Source: an uncultured Hyphomicrobiales bacterium
Lineage (GTDB): Bacteria > Pseudomonadota > Alphaproteobacteria > Rhizobiales > Hyphomicrobiaceae
Direction: 5' to 3'
Length of the DNA stretch: 64,000 bases
NCBI GenBank assembly: GCA_902826715.1
Contig: CADEFX010000001.1
Location: forward strand, 1,972 to 65,971
Within the stretch, counting starts at the first letter, position 1, and each line of letters begins with the position of its first letter. Shown one piece after another: positions 10,923-20,237 of this stretch. The translations under genes and the position numbers were made by a program. Below the pieces are notes generated by a model. That model was not told the DNA's origin. It ran no database searches and saw only the letters and a list, made by a program, of their open reading frames with translations.

Positions 10923-11095
10923 CCGCGGCCCAACCCGGATCGAGACCTGCGAACGCCCCGGTTTCGAAACATGGGCACCTACCTGCAGCCCGGATGCAAC
11001 GTGCCCTGCCCAATTCCCGATCCAATGCCGTGCCACGCTCGACAACGCGGTCTGATAACCCTTAGAAGTTTTTGAGTTTGTAGCGGGAGAGAGCC

Positions 11096-12517
11096 ATGGC
11101 AGCGGTCGATACGGCGTTGCGCGGTCCCAGTATCGAAGCATCATCTACTGTGCGCCTCGCGGCAGAGGCTACGGCTGCCGACGTGATGGCTGAGATCTTC
11201 GATCGCCGCGACACGCGGGAAAAGTTCATCCCCGTCACGCGCGAGGCCATCATGGAGCGCCTGACGCGCCCCCATTCGTGGCCGGGGCAGGACGGAGCGG
11301 AAGCGCGCCGGTTTTTCCGCTATCTGGATTATTGGCGCCAGCAGACTTACGCCGCGCGCCTCTTGGAGCTCGAAAGCGACTACGAGCCGTTCAATCCCGA
11401 CAGCGATCTTGTGGTCAGCCGCACGTTCACGCCCGAGGAGCGCTTGCGCAAGCGCGAGCGGCTCGTGGCCAACATGACGAAACTGCTGGAGCAGGCCAAT
11501 TACACGCGCATCGATACGGACAGGATCGAGCTGATTCTCACCAGCGATAGCCACTATGGCCTCGACCTGCACGTCGATCTATCGGCTTTCGACGAACTGC
11601 AGATCTTCTACCGCGGTGCCAGCAAACGCACGGAAAACCGGCCTGACTTGCGCAAGCTCTATCTCAAGCAAGCGGAGATCGAGGTCCCGATTTTCCAGCG
11701 CCTTTGCGTGGTGTTCAAGCTCAAGCCTGATGACGTTCGCATTCGCGAGGTCATGGTGGAGCGCGGTTGCAACCGCAAGGAGGCCGAGAAAATCGTCAAG
11801 CGGCTGCGCCGCATGCTGCCGCCGCAGATCAAGTCGGACTACATCTACCTGAAGCTCTTCAAGAACATGCCGCGATCCGACATCGAGATGGTGTTTCCCA
11901 ACACACGCGTACGTTTCCGCATGTTCGACAAGATCAGGCTCGGCGTGACGGCCGGCAGCGGCCTCGGCATGGGCGTGTTCGGGACCGTGGGAAAGATCGT
12001 CGTCGCGTCGAACCCGATCGCGCTGGCGGGCGCCATGCTCGGCTTGTGCGGCATCGCCTTCCGCCAGGCCACGAGCTTTCTGAACCAGCGCAACCGGTAC
12101 ATGATGACGATGGCGCAAAACCTCTATTTCCACGCACTGGCAGACAATCGCGGCGTGACGACCTTGCTCGCCAATCGCGCGGCTGAAGAAGACATCAAGG
12201 AAGAAATGCTGCTCTACAACGCCATGGCCAAGGAGCGTGTTACACGAACCGACCTGGGCGATATCGACCGCGCCATCGAGCAGTATCTCCTCAATACCTT
12301 CAACGTGTCGGTGAATTTCGACCTCGAGGATGCGCTCGGCCGCCTGCTGGCAGACGGCGTCGTCACCGAAAAGGACGGCGTCTTTCAGACGCTAGCGCCG
12401 GCAGCAGCCGCCCAGCATATCGACGTCAAGTGGGACAAGTATCTGGACGAGTTGCCCGATCAGACCAGAAACGAAGGCATCGAATTCGATCAGGACGCCA
12501 GTGAGGCAGTCACCTGA
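11096..12517 (+). CDS. DUF3754 (TMEM143-like) membrane protein
   Basis: 473 aa with a soluble N-terminal region and a central hydrophobic pair (GVTAGSGLGMGVFGTVGKIVVASNPIALAGAMLGLCGIAF). The overall pattern is recognised as DUF3754. Family assignment is from memory only. Confidence 0.6.
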   Translation: MAAVDTALRGPSIEASSTVRLAAEATAADVMAEIFDRRDTREKFIPVTREAIMERLTRPHSWPGQDGAEARRFFRYLDYWRQQTYAARLLELESDYEPFNPDSDLVVSRTFTPEERLRKRERLVANMTKLLEQANYTRIDTDRIELILTSDSHYGLDLHVDLSAFDELQIFYRGASKRTENRPDLRKLYLKQAEIEVPIFQRLCVVFKLKPDDVRIREVMVERGCNRKEAEKIVKRLRRMLPPQIKSDYIYLKLFKNMPRSDIEMVFPNTRVRFRMFDKIRLGVTAGSGLGMGVFGTVGKIVVASNPIALAGAMLGLCGIAFRQATSFLNQRNRYMMTMAQNLYFHALADNRGVTTLLANRAAEEDIKEEMLLYNAMAKERVTRTDLGDIDRAIEQYLLNTFNVSVNFDLEDALGRLLADGVVTEKDGVFQTLAPAAAAQHIDVKWDKYLDELPDQTRNEGIEFDQDASEAVT

Positions 12518-12563
12518 CGCTCATGTCTTACGTTCCACACGCGATGCGCTGCTCTGCTCTCCC

Positions 12564-13442
12564 ATGGCATTGACCAGGCTTTCGATCTCGATCGCCGACG
12601 CCCACAACGCCGACGCCTTGTCCGGCGTGCTCGAAACGCTCGATCCCGCGCCATCCGCCCAGTCGATCTTTCGCGATGAGCCGGTGAGCGGCTGGCGGCT
12701 GGATGCCTACTATCACGCCGCACCCGATCTCGCGCTGATCGTTGCGGCCGCGCAGACCATGCTGCCGTCGCTCTCGGAAGCAGACCTCGTGCTCGCGGCG
12801 GTGCCAGAGGAAAACTGGGTCGCCGTCAGCCAGGCTGCTCTGCCGCCAATCGCTGCCGGACCGTTCCTGATCCATGGCAGCCATGATCGCGCGGCCGCGC
12901 GCGGCAAGCGCTACGCCATCCAAATCGAAGCCGGAGAAGCCTTCGGCACAGCCCATCACGCTAGCACACGCGGCTGCCTTTTGGCGTTCGAGCGGATGGT
13001 ACGCAGGCAATCATTCAGGCGCGTGCTCGATCTCGGGTGCGGGTCAGGTGTGCTGGGCATTGCTGCGGCGAAGCGGCTTCCGGCTGCTTCGGTGGTTGCC
13101 ACCGATATCGATGAAGTTGCCATCGACGTGGCACGCGCCAACGCGCGCCTCAACGGCGTCGCGGGCCAGTTGACCCTGGCAGTCGCCGCCGGCGTTGACC
13201 ACGCGCTCTTGCGCAACTACCGCCGTTTCGACCTCGTCTTCGCCAACATTCTTGCCGAGCCGCTGATTGCGCTCGCGCCGCGCCTTGCCTGCCGCGTTGC
13301 ACCGGGCGGCCACGTGATCTTGTCGGGCTTGCTGAACTCCGAGAGGCACGCCGTTCGCGCGTCCTACGTCGCTTCCGGGCTCACGGCGCATACTGCGCTT
13401 TCGTTCGCCGGCTGGACCGTGCTGATCTTGCGGCGTCCATGA
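12564..13442 (+). CDS. prmA: ribosomal protein L11 methyltransferase
   Basis: SAM-binding VLDLGCGSGVLGIAAAK, FGTAHHASTRGCL and ANILAEPL motifs. Internal ATG at 12564 gives about 292 aa. Confidence 0.85.
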   Translation: MALTRLSISIADAHNADALSGVLETLDPAPSAQSIFRDEPVSGWRLDAYYHAAPDLALIVAAAQTMLPSLSEADLVLAAVPEENWVAVSQAALPPIAAGPFLIHGSHDRAAARGKRYAIQIEAGEAFGTAHHASTRGCLLAFERMVRRQSFRRVLDLGCGSGVLGIAAAKRLPAASVVATDIDEVAIDVARANARLNGVAGQLTLAVAAGVDHALLRNYRRFDLVFANILAEPLIALAPRLACRVAPGGHVILSGLLNSERHAVRASYVASGLTAHTALSFAGWTVLILRRP

Positions 13443-13451
13443 AGGCGCGCC

Positions 13452-13712
13452 TCAATCCCCCCAGCCCGGAGGGAGAAGCAGACGGCGGGCCCGCAGGTCT
13501 CGGATCTCCGGCTCTGCAATTCCGATGTCGCTCAGAACGCGGTCATCCAGGCTCATGAGATGGGCCGCCCGGCGGCGTCGCGCCCACACTGTTTTGAATG
13601 TAGCGATGGCGCTCTCAAGCAGGTTGCTGATGCGGTCCCGCAGCGCCTCTGTGGCTTCGATGCCATGACCTGCATCGAAGGGGGTCGTGGCCGCATAATT
13701 CGTTATCTTCAT
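13452..13712 (-). CDS. DUF1127 domain small protein
   Basis: C-terminal LSDIGIAEPEIRDL motif characteristic of DUF1127; 86 aa. Confidence 0.72.
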   Translation of the reverse strand: MKITNYAATTPFDAGHGIEATEALRDRISNLLESAIATFKTVWARRRRAAHLMSLDDRVLSDIGIAEPEIRDLRARRLLLPPGWGD

Positions 13713-13792
13713 GGTGGTTCCTACGCGATTGCGCGACAGCAGGCCGCCGCCTCATGCGGGAAGCGGCAGCCGGCGTTCGCTGGGCAGGCCGA

Positions 13793-14038
13793 TTACAGCC
13801 AGTAGCTATTGGCAGCGCCGTCCTTCGCGCGAACTGCCTTGATGCGATCGCCCGAGAAGCCGAGATCAGCCAGGCGCGCGTCGCTCAAGCTATTGAGATA
13901 GGCGCGGACATGCGCTTCCCCGTGAACCTTCTTCGCCTCGATCATGCGATCGAAGAAGCGGCGCATAAATCCGGGGGCAGCAGGCGCGGCTGCTGTATCG
14001 ACGGCGTCAAAGCCAAGTGCGGTCGTGTTGGTGCTCAT
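13793..14038 (-). CDS. DUF1127 domain small protein (paralog)
   Basis: LNSLSDARLADLGFSGDRI motif; 81 aa; AAGGGGA Shine-Dalgarno upstream of the ATG. Confidence 0.72.
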   Translation of the reverse strand: MSTNTTALGFDAVDTAAAPAAPGFMRRFFDRMIEAKKVHGEAHVRAYLNSLSDARLADLGFSGDRIKAVRAKDGAANSYWL

Positions 14039-14157
14039 GATATTCCCCTTTCTGGGGCTGTGTTTGCGACGGAAGCGAATCGAAGGCTGCCGTTGTCCAT
14101 AAACTTAAGTCGCATTCGCAGACGCACCAGACTTCACATTGCATCGCAGCGTATGCT

Positions 14158-14241
14158 ATATTGCATACCTTATAATTCGCAATATCAATGATTTATATAG
14201 TGATATCGAATGCTGCGTTGCAACAATATCGAGCATATTGC
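14158..14241. promoter_or_regulatory. AT-rich divergent promoter region with four copies of the heptamer ATATTGC/GCAATAT
   Basis: ATATTGC at 14158-14164, GCAATAT at 14179-14185, aCAATAT at 14223-14229 and ATATTGC at 14235-14241. There is also ATATCA-N12-TGATAT (14183-14206). The region lies between the DUF1127 gene (minus) and the aminopeptidase P gene (plus). Confidence 0.3.
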
Positions 14242-14271
14242 CTGCTAGTTGCGGGGACCTTACAAGAAAGC

Positions 14272-16092
14272 ATGTTCCAGGATTTTTCCGCTCCCGCTGA
14301 TCCCTCCCAGAGCATCGAAAGGGTCGCTCGTTTGCGATCGCGCCTGCGCGCGGTGGGCGTCGATGCCGTGGTTGTCCCGCGCTCCGACGAGCACATGGGC
14401 GAGTACGTACCGCCTTCTGCCGAAAGGCTAAAATGGCTGACCGGATTTACCGGTTCGGCCGGCTTGGCGATCATCGGCCGAACCGCCGCGGCCTTGTTTG
14501 TCGATGGGCGCTACACGCTCCAGGCTGGCACCCAGGTCGACAAGAGCACGTTTGAGGTCCTGCAGATTCCCGACAGCGAGCCGGTCGATTGGCTCGCCTC
14601 GAAAGTGAAGAAAGGCGGGATCGTGGGGTTCGACCCCTGGCTGCACACCTCCACATGGGTCACACGGACGAAGCAACTTCTCGGCAAGCACGGCCTTGGC
14701 CTGAAACCCTTCGGTCGCAACCCAGTCGACGGCGTTTGGGGACAGGAGCGACCCAGCCCACCGCTTGGCCCCGTGGTGATCCATCCGCTCAAATTCGCCG
14801 GCAAGCCAGCCGAGGAGAAGATTGCGGAGCTGCAGAGCACGCTGAACGATGCCGACGAGGACGCGGTGGTGCTGACGATGCCCGATTCCATCGCCTGGGC
14901 CTTGAACATCCGCGGCTCGGACGTGCAGCACAATCCAACGCCGCTGGCGTTCGCCATTCTGCATGCCGCCGGCAAGCCTGAGCTTTTTATCGATCGGCGA
15001 AAGCTGTCAGCTGACGTCCGCAAATACCTGAACGGCATCAGCCGCCTGCGTGAGCCAGGCGAACTCAAGGAGCGCATCGCTGCACTGAAAAAGGCCAGGA
15101 AGCGCGTCCGCATTGACGACACCAGCGCCGCCTTCTGGTTTCGCCAGCAGCTTGGCGCTACGAGCAAGCTCGTCGTCAACGCGGCGGATCCTTGCGTGCT
15201 GCCCAAAGCCCGCAAGAACAAGGCCGAGATTGCCGGCGCTCGTACTGCGCACGTGCGCGACGGCGTGGCCATGGCCCGGTTCCTGGCTTGGCTCGATCGC
15301 GAGGCTCCCTTAGGTCAGGTCGACGAAATCAGCGCTGTGACACACCTTGAGTCTGTGCGCGCCGAAACCCAGGTCCTCAAGGAAATAAGTTTCGACACGA
15401 TCTCTGGATCGGGCGCCCACGGTGCCATTGTGCACTACCGCGTGACGGCCGCCACCAACCGCAAGCTCAAGTCTGGAGAGCTGTTCCTGCTCGACTCGGG
15501 CGGCCAGTACGAGGACGGCACGACCGACGTGACGCGGACGGTGGCCATCGGACTACCCACACAGGAGATGTGCGAACGCTTCACCCTGGTCTTGAAAGGT
15601 CACATCGCCATTTCCGCCGCGCGCTTTCCAAAGGGCACGGCCGGCGCCCATCTCGATGCCTTCGCGCGTCAGGCGTTGTGGCAACAGGGCCTCGATTTCG
15701 ATCATGGCACCGGACATGGCGTCGGCAGCTATCTGTCTGTGCACGAGGGGCCGCAGGGACTATCGAAGCGCTCCCACGTTCCTCTTGAGCCGGGCATGAT
15801 CGTGTCCAACGAGCCTGGCTACTACAAGGCCGGCCATTACGGCATCCGCATCGAAAATCTGTTGATCGTGACAGAGCCCGAGACGATCCCCGGCGGCGAT
15901 CGCAAAATGATGGGCTTCGAGACGCTGACCCTCGTGCCGATCGATCTTCGCTTGATCGAGCCCAAGCTCCTGGCGGCCGGCGAGATTGCTTGGCTGAACG
16001 CCTACCATGCGCGGGTCCGCGACGTCATCGGCCCGCATCTCGTGGCCGATCGCAAATGGCTGGAAGCCGCGACCGCACCGCTTCGCACTTAG
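14272..16092 (+). CDS. aminopeptidase P family (M24B) Xaa-Pro aminopeptidase
   Basis: C-terminal M24 metal-ligand motifs LLDSGGQY, HGTGHGVGSYLSVHEGP, SNEPGYY, IRIENL. Long N-terminal creatinase-like domains. Internal ATG at 14272. Confidence 0.9.
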   Translation: MFQDFSAPADPSQSIERVARLRSRLRAVGVDAVVVPRSDEHMGEYVPPSAERLKWLTGFTGSAGLAIIGRTAAALFVDGRYTLQAGTQVDKSTFEVLQIPDSEPVDWLASKVKKGGIVGFDPWLHTSTWVTRTKQLLGKHGLGLKPFGRNPVDGVWGQERPSPPLGPVVIHPLKFAGKPAEEKIAELQSTLNDADEDAVVLTMPDSIAWALNIRGSDVQHNPTPLAFAILHAAGKPELFIDRRKLSADVRKYLNGISRLREPGELKERIAALKKARKRVRIDDTSAAFWFRQQLGATSKLVVNAADPCVLPKARKNKAEIAGARTAHVRDGVAMARFLAWLDREAPLGQVDEISAVTHLESVRAETQVLKEISFDTISGSGAHGAIVHYRVTAATNRKLKSGELFLLDSGGQYEDGTTDVTRTVAIGLPTQEMCERFTLVLKGHIAISAARFPKGTAGAHLDAFARQALWQQGLDFDHGTGHGVGSYLSVHEGPQGLSKRSHVPLEPGMIVSNEPGYYKAGHYGIRIENLLIVTEPETIPGGDRKMMGFETLTLVPIDLRLIEPKLLAAGEIAWLNAYHARVRDVIGPHLVADRKWLEAATAPLRT

Positions 16093-16107
16093 GCAAACAG
16101 AGCACCA

Positions 16108-16953
16108 TCACTTCAGCGCATTGAGTCGGTTCTCCGCAGCCGTCACGCCCGCCGCAAGCGCTTTGGCGTATAGCGTGCGCGCACGCTCCACCTCGGCCCT
16201 GACCTCCCGTGTGCCTGTGGCCGCGAGAATGTTTGGGTCGTAGGTCTCGGCCAGGGCGAACAGACCGCGCGGATTGTCGGCGAGCAGCGCCTCACCCAAG
16301 ATCTCGCGCGCCCGCAGCATGTTTCCCTCGCCGATCATCTCCTGCGCGCGCGTGAGCAGTGAATCGACTTCCTCCTCCCGGCGCCTTTCGGGGTCTGGCC
16401 GCGCGGCTGGCTGTTGGATTGCGGCCAGTTGACCCGCGCTGGCAATGGACTGCGGTGCCGTTTCAACCGGCCGGACCGCAGCCGCCTCCGCCTTCTGCTC
16501 AACGGCCGGTTCTGTTTTCTGCGGCGTGACAGGCTTTTGCGCGACGGCAGATCGCAACAAAGCCGTCGGGTCGCCGAGGCGTCCCGTCAGCCACAAAACG
16601 CCCGGCAGCACGAGCACGAGGCCCAATGTCATGCCTAGAAGACCTGCCTTGAGCTGATGGACGAACCAGCCCCCCTGCTCTATTGGCGCTGCACGGAACG
16701 CCGAAGGCATCCGCAGAGGCTCGTCGTCATAGGGCAACTCGGTATAGATCGTCGGCGTATGCGCCGGAAGCGCTCCTCCCTGCTTTGAGGGCACAAGTAA
16801 GACAGAGTCGGCGCGGGCTACGTGTTGATGGTCGAAGTCGCGTTGCAGACGCTCTGTCAGCGCCGTGGAAGTTGTCGTCTTCGACACGCTACGGCCGTCT
16901 CCGCTGTGTCGCGGAAAACCTGCCGCGGCAGGTTTTCCAACTGATGATGTCAT
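16108..16953 (-). CDS. hypothetical single-pass membrane protein with a C-terminal Sel1/TPR-like helical repeat
   Basis: One transmembrane segment (LLGMTLGLVLVLPGVLWL), a Pro/Ala/Gln-rich linker and a C-terminal LFALAETYDP...ARTLYAKA helical repeat. GAGGAG Shine-Dalgarno 7 nt upstream of the ATG. Confidence 0.55.
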   Translation of the reverse strand: MTSSVGKPAAAGFPRHSGDGRSVSKTTTSTALTERLQRDFDHQHVARADSVLLVPSKQGGALPAHTPTIYTELPYDDEPLRMPSAFRAAPIEQGGWFVHQLKAGLLGMTLGLVLVLPGVLWLTGRLGDPTALLRSAVAQKPVTPQKTEPAVEQKAEAAAVRPVETAPQSIASAGQLAAIQQPAARPDPERRREEEVDSLLTRAQEMIGEGNMLRAREILGEALLADNPRGLFALAETYDPNILAATGTREVRAEVERARTLYAKALAAGVTAAENRLNALK

Positions 16954-17271
16954 TCACGGTCTCCTCTTTCGGAGAGAGGATACGTGCGGGCCGCCCCAAC
17001 CCAATGTTGGCGGCAGCTTTCAAAGGCCTTCGAATATTCGTGTGGAACGTGCAATACCAATGGACCGCTCACGTACCCACCACGCATTCGTCGGCCGGAC
17101 TGCCGTCGCCACAACGGCTGGCGTAAATTCGAAACCAGGATGCGACCTTCCCCACCGGCAAAGTACACAGCAAGCGCCGGAGAGACAAACAGAAATACGT
17201 GAGACGCGTGACTTGCATCGATGGGCTCGGCACGATCCTAACCTGCGCGCTGAGAACGAAGAGAGGTGACG

Positions 17272-17853
17272 ATGGTACCGCTGGTGATGGGTTTGGCATT
17301 GTTCATCGGTGTTCATCTCGTGACGACGCAAACCGATCTGCGACAGGGCCTCACGCAGCGCGTGGGGCTGGGCCCGTACAAGGGCTTATACTCACTCTTA
17401 AGTTTTGCCGGTTTCGCGCTGATCGTTCTCGGCTATCACAAGGTGCAGTTGGCGCCCGGAAAAAATCCGGTGCTGTGGGATCCGCCACTTTGGGGCCGGA
17501 ACGTCAACATGCTGTTGATGCTGCCGGTGTTTCCGCTGCTCGTTTCGACCTACTTGCCTGGCCGCATCAGTTCTGCAGTGCGGCACCCGATGATCACTGC
17601 TGTGAAATTCTGGTCGCTCGCCCACTTGTTCGTGCGTGGCGACGCTGCGTCTCTTTTGCTGTTTGGGGGGCTGCTCGGGTGGGCCGTGTTCGACCGCATC
17701 TCCCTGAAACAGCGGGAGGCTGCTGGTCTCGTCTCGGTGCGAACGGGCCCGGCGCGCAACGACGTCATCGCCATCATTGTGGGGCTTGCGATCTATGGCG
17801 TTTTCCTGAAGTGGGGCCACGCCCTGCTGATCGGTATTCCGCTTCTGCCCTGA
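17272..17853 (+). CDS. NnrU family membrane protein
   Basis: About 190 aa, multi-transmembrane, VPLVMGLALFIGVHL...YKGLYSLLSFAGFALIV pattern. ATG at 17272 after an in-frame GTG at 17266. Confidence 0.75.
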   Translation: MVPLVMGLALFIGVHLVTTQTDLRQGLTQRVGLGPYKGLYSLLSFAGFALIVLGYHKVQLAPGKNPVLWDPPLWGRNVNMLLMLPVFPLLVSTYLPGRISSAVRHPMITAVKFWSLAHLFVRGDAASLLLFGGLLGWAVFDRISLKQREAAGLVSVRTGPARNDVIAIIVGLAIYGVFLKWGHALLIGIPLLP

Positions 17854-18029
17854 CCCCCGGGCTGGAGCCACGAAAAAGCCGAAAATCGTGTCCACCAAGG
17901 CGGTTGCGATGCAATCTTTACGCGCGCCGGGTGACCGTTCCTGCCTTTCGCGGCCGCACGGGAGTCTATATGAATGGTCCATGCTTGCAGTCTCCATCTG
18001 CCGGCGGAGCATTCTGAGGACAGCACCTG

Positions 18030-18731
18030 ATGGCCGACGGCACGGATACCTTTATCCGCGAAGTTCAAGAGGAATTGCGGCGGGAGCAGTTGCTCCGCAT
18101 TTGGCAGCGCTACGGAACCTATCTCATCGCAGCCGTGGTTCTTCTGGTGCTTGCCGTGGCCGGCTACAAGTATCTGGAATACTATCGCATTTCGACAGCG
18201 GAAGCGGCCGGCGCCAGCTACCGCGCCGCCATCGCTCTGAGCGAGCAGGGGAAGCCCGAGGATGCGCAGAAGGCACTCGAAGGCATCGCCGGCAAATCAT
18301 CTTCCGGCTACGGTGCCCTGGCCGGTTTGCGCCTCGCCGCTGCCTCTGCCAAGGCCGGGAAGACCGCCGAGGCGGTCGCCGGATTCGATGCAATCGCCAA
18401 GGGCAGCGCCGGCGATGAACTCCTGCGCGATCACGCCGCACTTCAGGCTGCGATGTTGAGACTGGACACGGCCGACTGGACGGAGATGCAGAATCGGCTC
18501 AACGATCTCACCAATGACAAGAACGCGTGGCGTTTCTCGGCCCGCGAGCTTCTGGGCTTGGCCGCCTACAAGGCGGGGCGTACGGCGGATGCCCGCAAGA
18601 CATTCGAGCAGTTGCTCGGAGATCAGGGGACGCCTCCATCGATGGTCGAACGTGCGCAATTGATGCTCAACGTTTTGACCGAAGCAGACGTCGCGAAGGG
18701 TACCGGCACAGCGCCGGCCAACGCGAAGTAG
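18030..18731 (+). CDS. YfgM-like tetratricopeptide-repeat membrane protein
   Basis: N-terminal FIREVQEELRREQL followed by one transmembrane segment and TPR-like helices. It sits immediately upstream of bamB, as in other proteobacteria. Confidence 0.75.
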   Translation: MADGTDTFIREVQEELRREQLLRIWQRYGTYLIAAVVLLVLAVAGYKYLEYYRISTAEAAGASYRAAIALSEQGKPEDAQKALEGIAGKSSSGYGALAGLRLAAASAKAGKTAEAVAGFDAIAKGSAGDELLRDHAALQAAMLRLDTADWTEMQNRLNDLTNDKNAWRFSARELLGLAAYKAGRTADARKTFEQLLGDQGTPPSMVERAQLMLNVLTEADVAKGTGTAPANAK

Positions 18732-18743
18732 GGGTCGCGATTG

Positions 18744-20075
18744 ATGAAGCTTTCAGGGGCAAACACAATCCGGGCCGTGGCCTTGGCACTGACCGTTGGT
18801 GCCGGAGGTTGCTCGGATGGTCCAAGTTTGCCCCGATTGGGCGACCTCAATCCGTTCGCCGAGAAGGAGCAGCCCCTCCCCGGCAAGCGCATTCCTGTCG
18901 CCCTGTCCGAGAGCAAGGCTGGGCTGGAGACCGCTACAATTGATCGGCCGGTTACGCTGCCGGCACCCCACCAGAACGATGCCTGGTCGCAGCCCGGCGG
19001 CGGCGCGAACAACGCACCGGGGCATCTCGTTCTCGGCAACGCCGTGCGCACGGCCTGGAGCGCAGACGCCGGCAAGGGATCGAGCTCCTATGGGCGGCTC
19101 ACTGCCAGCCCCATCGTCTCGGATGGCCGGGTTTACACACTCGACGCGGAAGGCAAGGTCTCCGCATTTTCCGCGTCGGGATCGTCGGCCTGGCGCGTAT
19201 CTTTGACGCCCGAGAAGGAGAAGGACTACAAAGGCTTCGGCGGCGGCCTCGCAGCCGAAGGCGGCCGCATCTACGCTGCGACAGGCTTCGGCTACGTCTA
19301 TGGACTGGACGCTCAAAGCGGCAAGAAGCTGTGGGAGAAGAACGTGGGCTCGCCGATCCGCGCGTCACCCACTGCCGCCAACGGCAAGGTTGTGGTCGTT
19401 ACCTCCGATGGTCTCGTGTACGCACTCTCCGCTGCCGACGGTCAGGAGGTCTGGAATCATCGCGGCCTGCCTGAACGCTCGAGCATCCTGTCCAACGCGA
19501 GCCCCGCCATCGACGGCGATGTTGTCGTCGTGCCCTACCCCTCCGGCGAGGTCATAGCCTTGCGCGCGACGGACGGGCAGCCGGTCTGGACGGAATCACT
19601 GGCCCGCACGCGCACGGCCTCGTCGCTCAGCGCCATGAGCGATGCTGCCCGTCCTGCCATCGATGGCGGGACGGTTTACGCCGTTGGTCACGCTGGCCGC
19701 ATGATCGCCACCTCCCTGCGCTCCGGCGAGCGCCTGTGGTCGCTTAACGTCCCTGGTATTCAGGCCCCCTATGTCGCTGGTGAATATTTGTTCGTCGTCG
19801 ACACGGGCGGCCAACTGCTGGCCGTCGGCCGCCGCGACGGCAAGGTGGCCTGGTCGACGAAGCTGCCCAATGCCACGACGTGGTCAGGCCCAGTGCTGGC
19901 GGGAAGCAAACTCTGGCTGACCTCGAACAAGGGACAGCTTGTGGCCGTGGATGCAGCCAGCGGGAAGGTGGAAAACCAGCAGGACCTGGGATCGCCGATC
20001 TACATAGCGCCCGTGGTCGCGGCGGGCCGCATGTATGTCCTCACCGACAAAGCCCGGCTGATCGCACTGAACTAG
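18744..20075 (+). CDS. bamB: outer membrane protein assembly factor BamB (PQQ-like beta-propeller lipoprotein)
   Basis: Lipobox LTVGAGGC. Repeated beta-propeller blades (GRVYTLDAEGKVSAF, GRIYAATGFGYVYGLD, GKVVVVTSDGLVYAL ...). Confidence 0.85.
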   Translation: MKLSGANTIRAVALALTVGAGGCSDGPSLPRLGDLNPFAEKEQPLPGKRIPVALSESKAGLETATIDRPVTLPAPHQNDAWSQPGGGANNAPGHLVLGNAVRTAWSADAGKGSSSYGRLTASPIVSDGRVYTLDAEGKVSAFSASGSSAWRVSLTPEKEKDYKGFGGGLAAEGGRIYAATGFGYVYGLDAQSGKKLWEKNVGSPIRASPTAANGKVVVVTSDGLVYALSAADGQEVWNHRGLPERSSILSNASPAIDGDVVVVPYPSGEVIALRATDGQPVWTESLARTRTASSLSAMSDAARPAIDGGTVYAVGHAGRMIATSLRSGERLWSLNVPGIQAPYVAGEYLFVVDTGGQLLAVGRRDGKVAWSTKLPNATTWSGPVLAGSKLWLTSNKGQLVAVDAASGKVENQQDLGSPIYIAPVVAAGRMYVLTDKARLIALN

Positions 20076-20237
20076 TTAAAGCGATCCTGCTTTTGCCGCT
20101 TGGCTGGCCTGATATGACGGCTTTGTGACGCCGGCGGCGAGCAGTTTTGCCTCTCGCCGATCATAATTTTGTACACTCATGGCTGCGGTTGCCGCTGCGG
20201 TGCTCGTTGTGTCGGCGGTCATCGGGGAGCCTTTTTC

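Noticed and set aside
10972-10987. Sigma-54-like TGGGCACCTACCTGCA upstream of the DUF3754 gene
   Set aside because: The GG to GC spacing is one nucleotide short when the GGCAC core is aligned, and the -12 element lacks the TTGC consensus. No enhancer-binding protein gene is nearby.
17199-18017. 272-aa plus-strand ORF overlapping NnrU
   Set aside because: It is an alternative frame of the NnrU gene. It is Arg/Gly/Ala-rich with no membrane segments, whereas the NnrU frame gives a coherent polytopic protein.
20135-20159. Hairpin CGGCGAG-N11-CTCGCCG after bamB as a possible intrinsic terminator
   Set aside because: It has a 7-bp stem with an 11-nt loop, and the downstream T-run (AATTTTGT) is separated from the stem by 6 nt. 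This is too weak to call a terminator.
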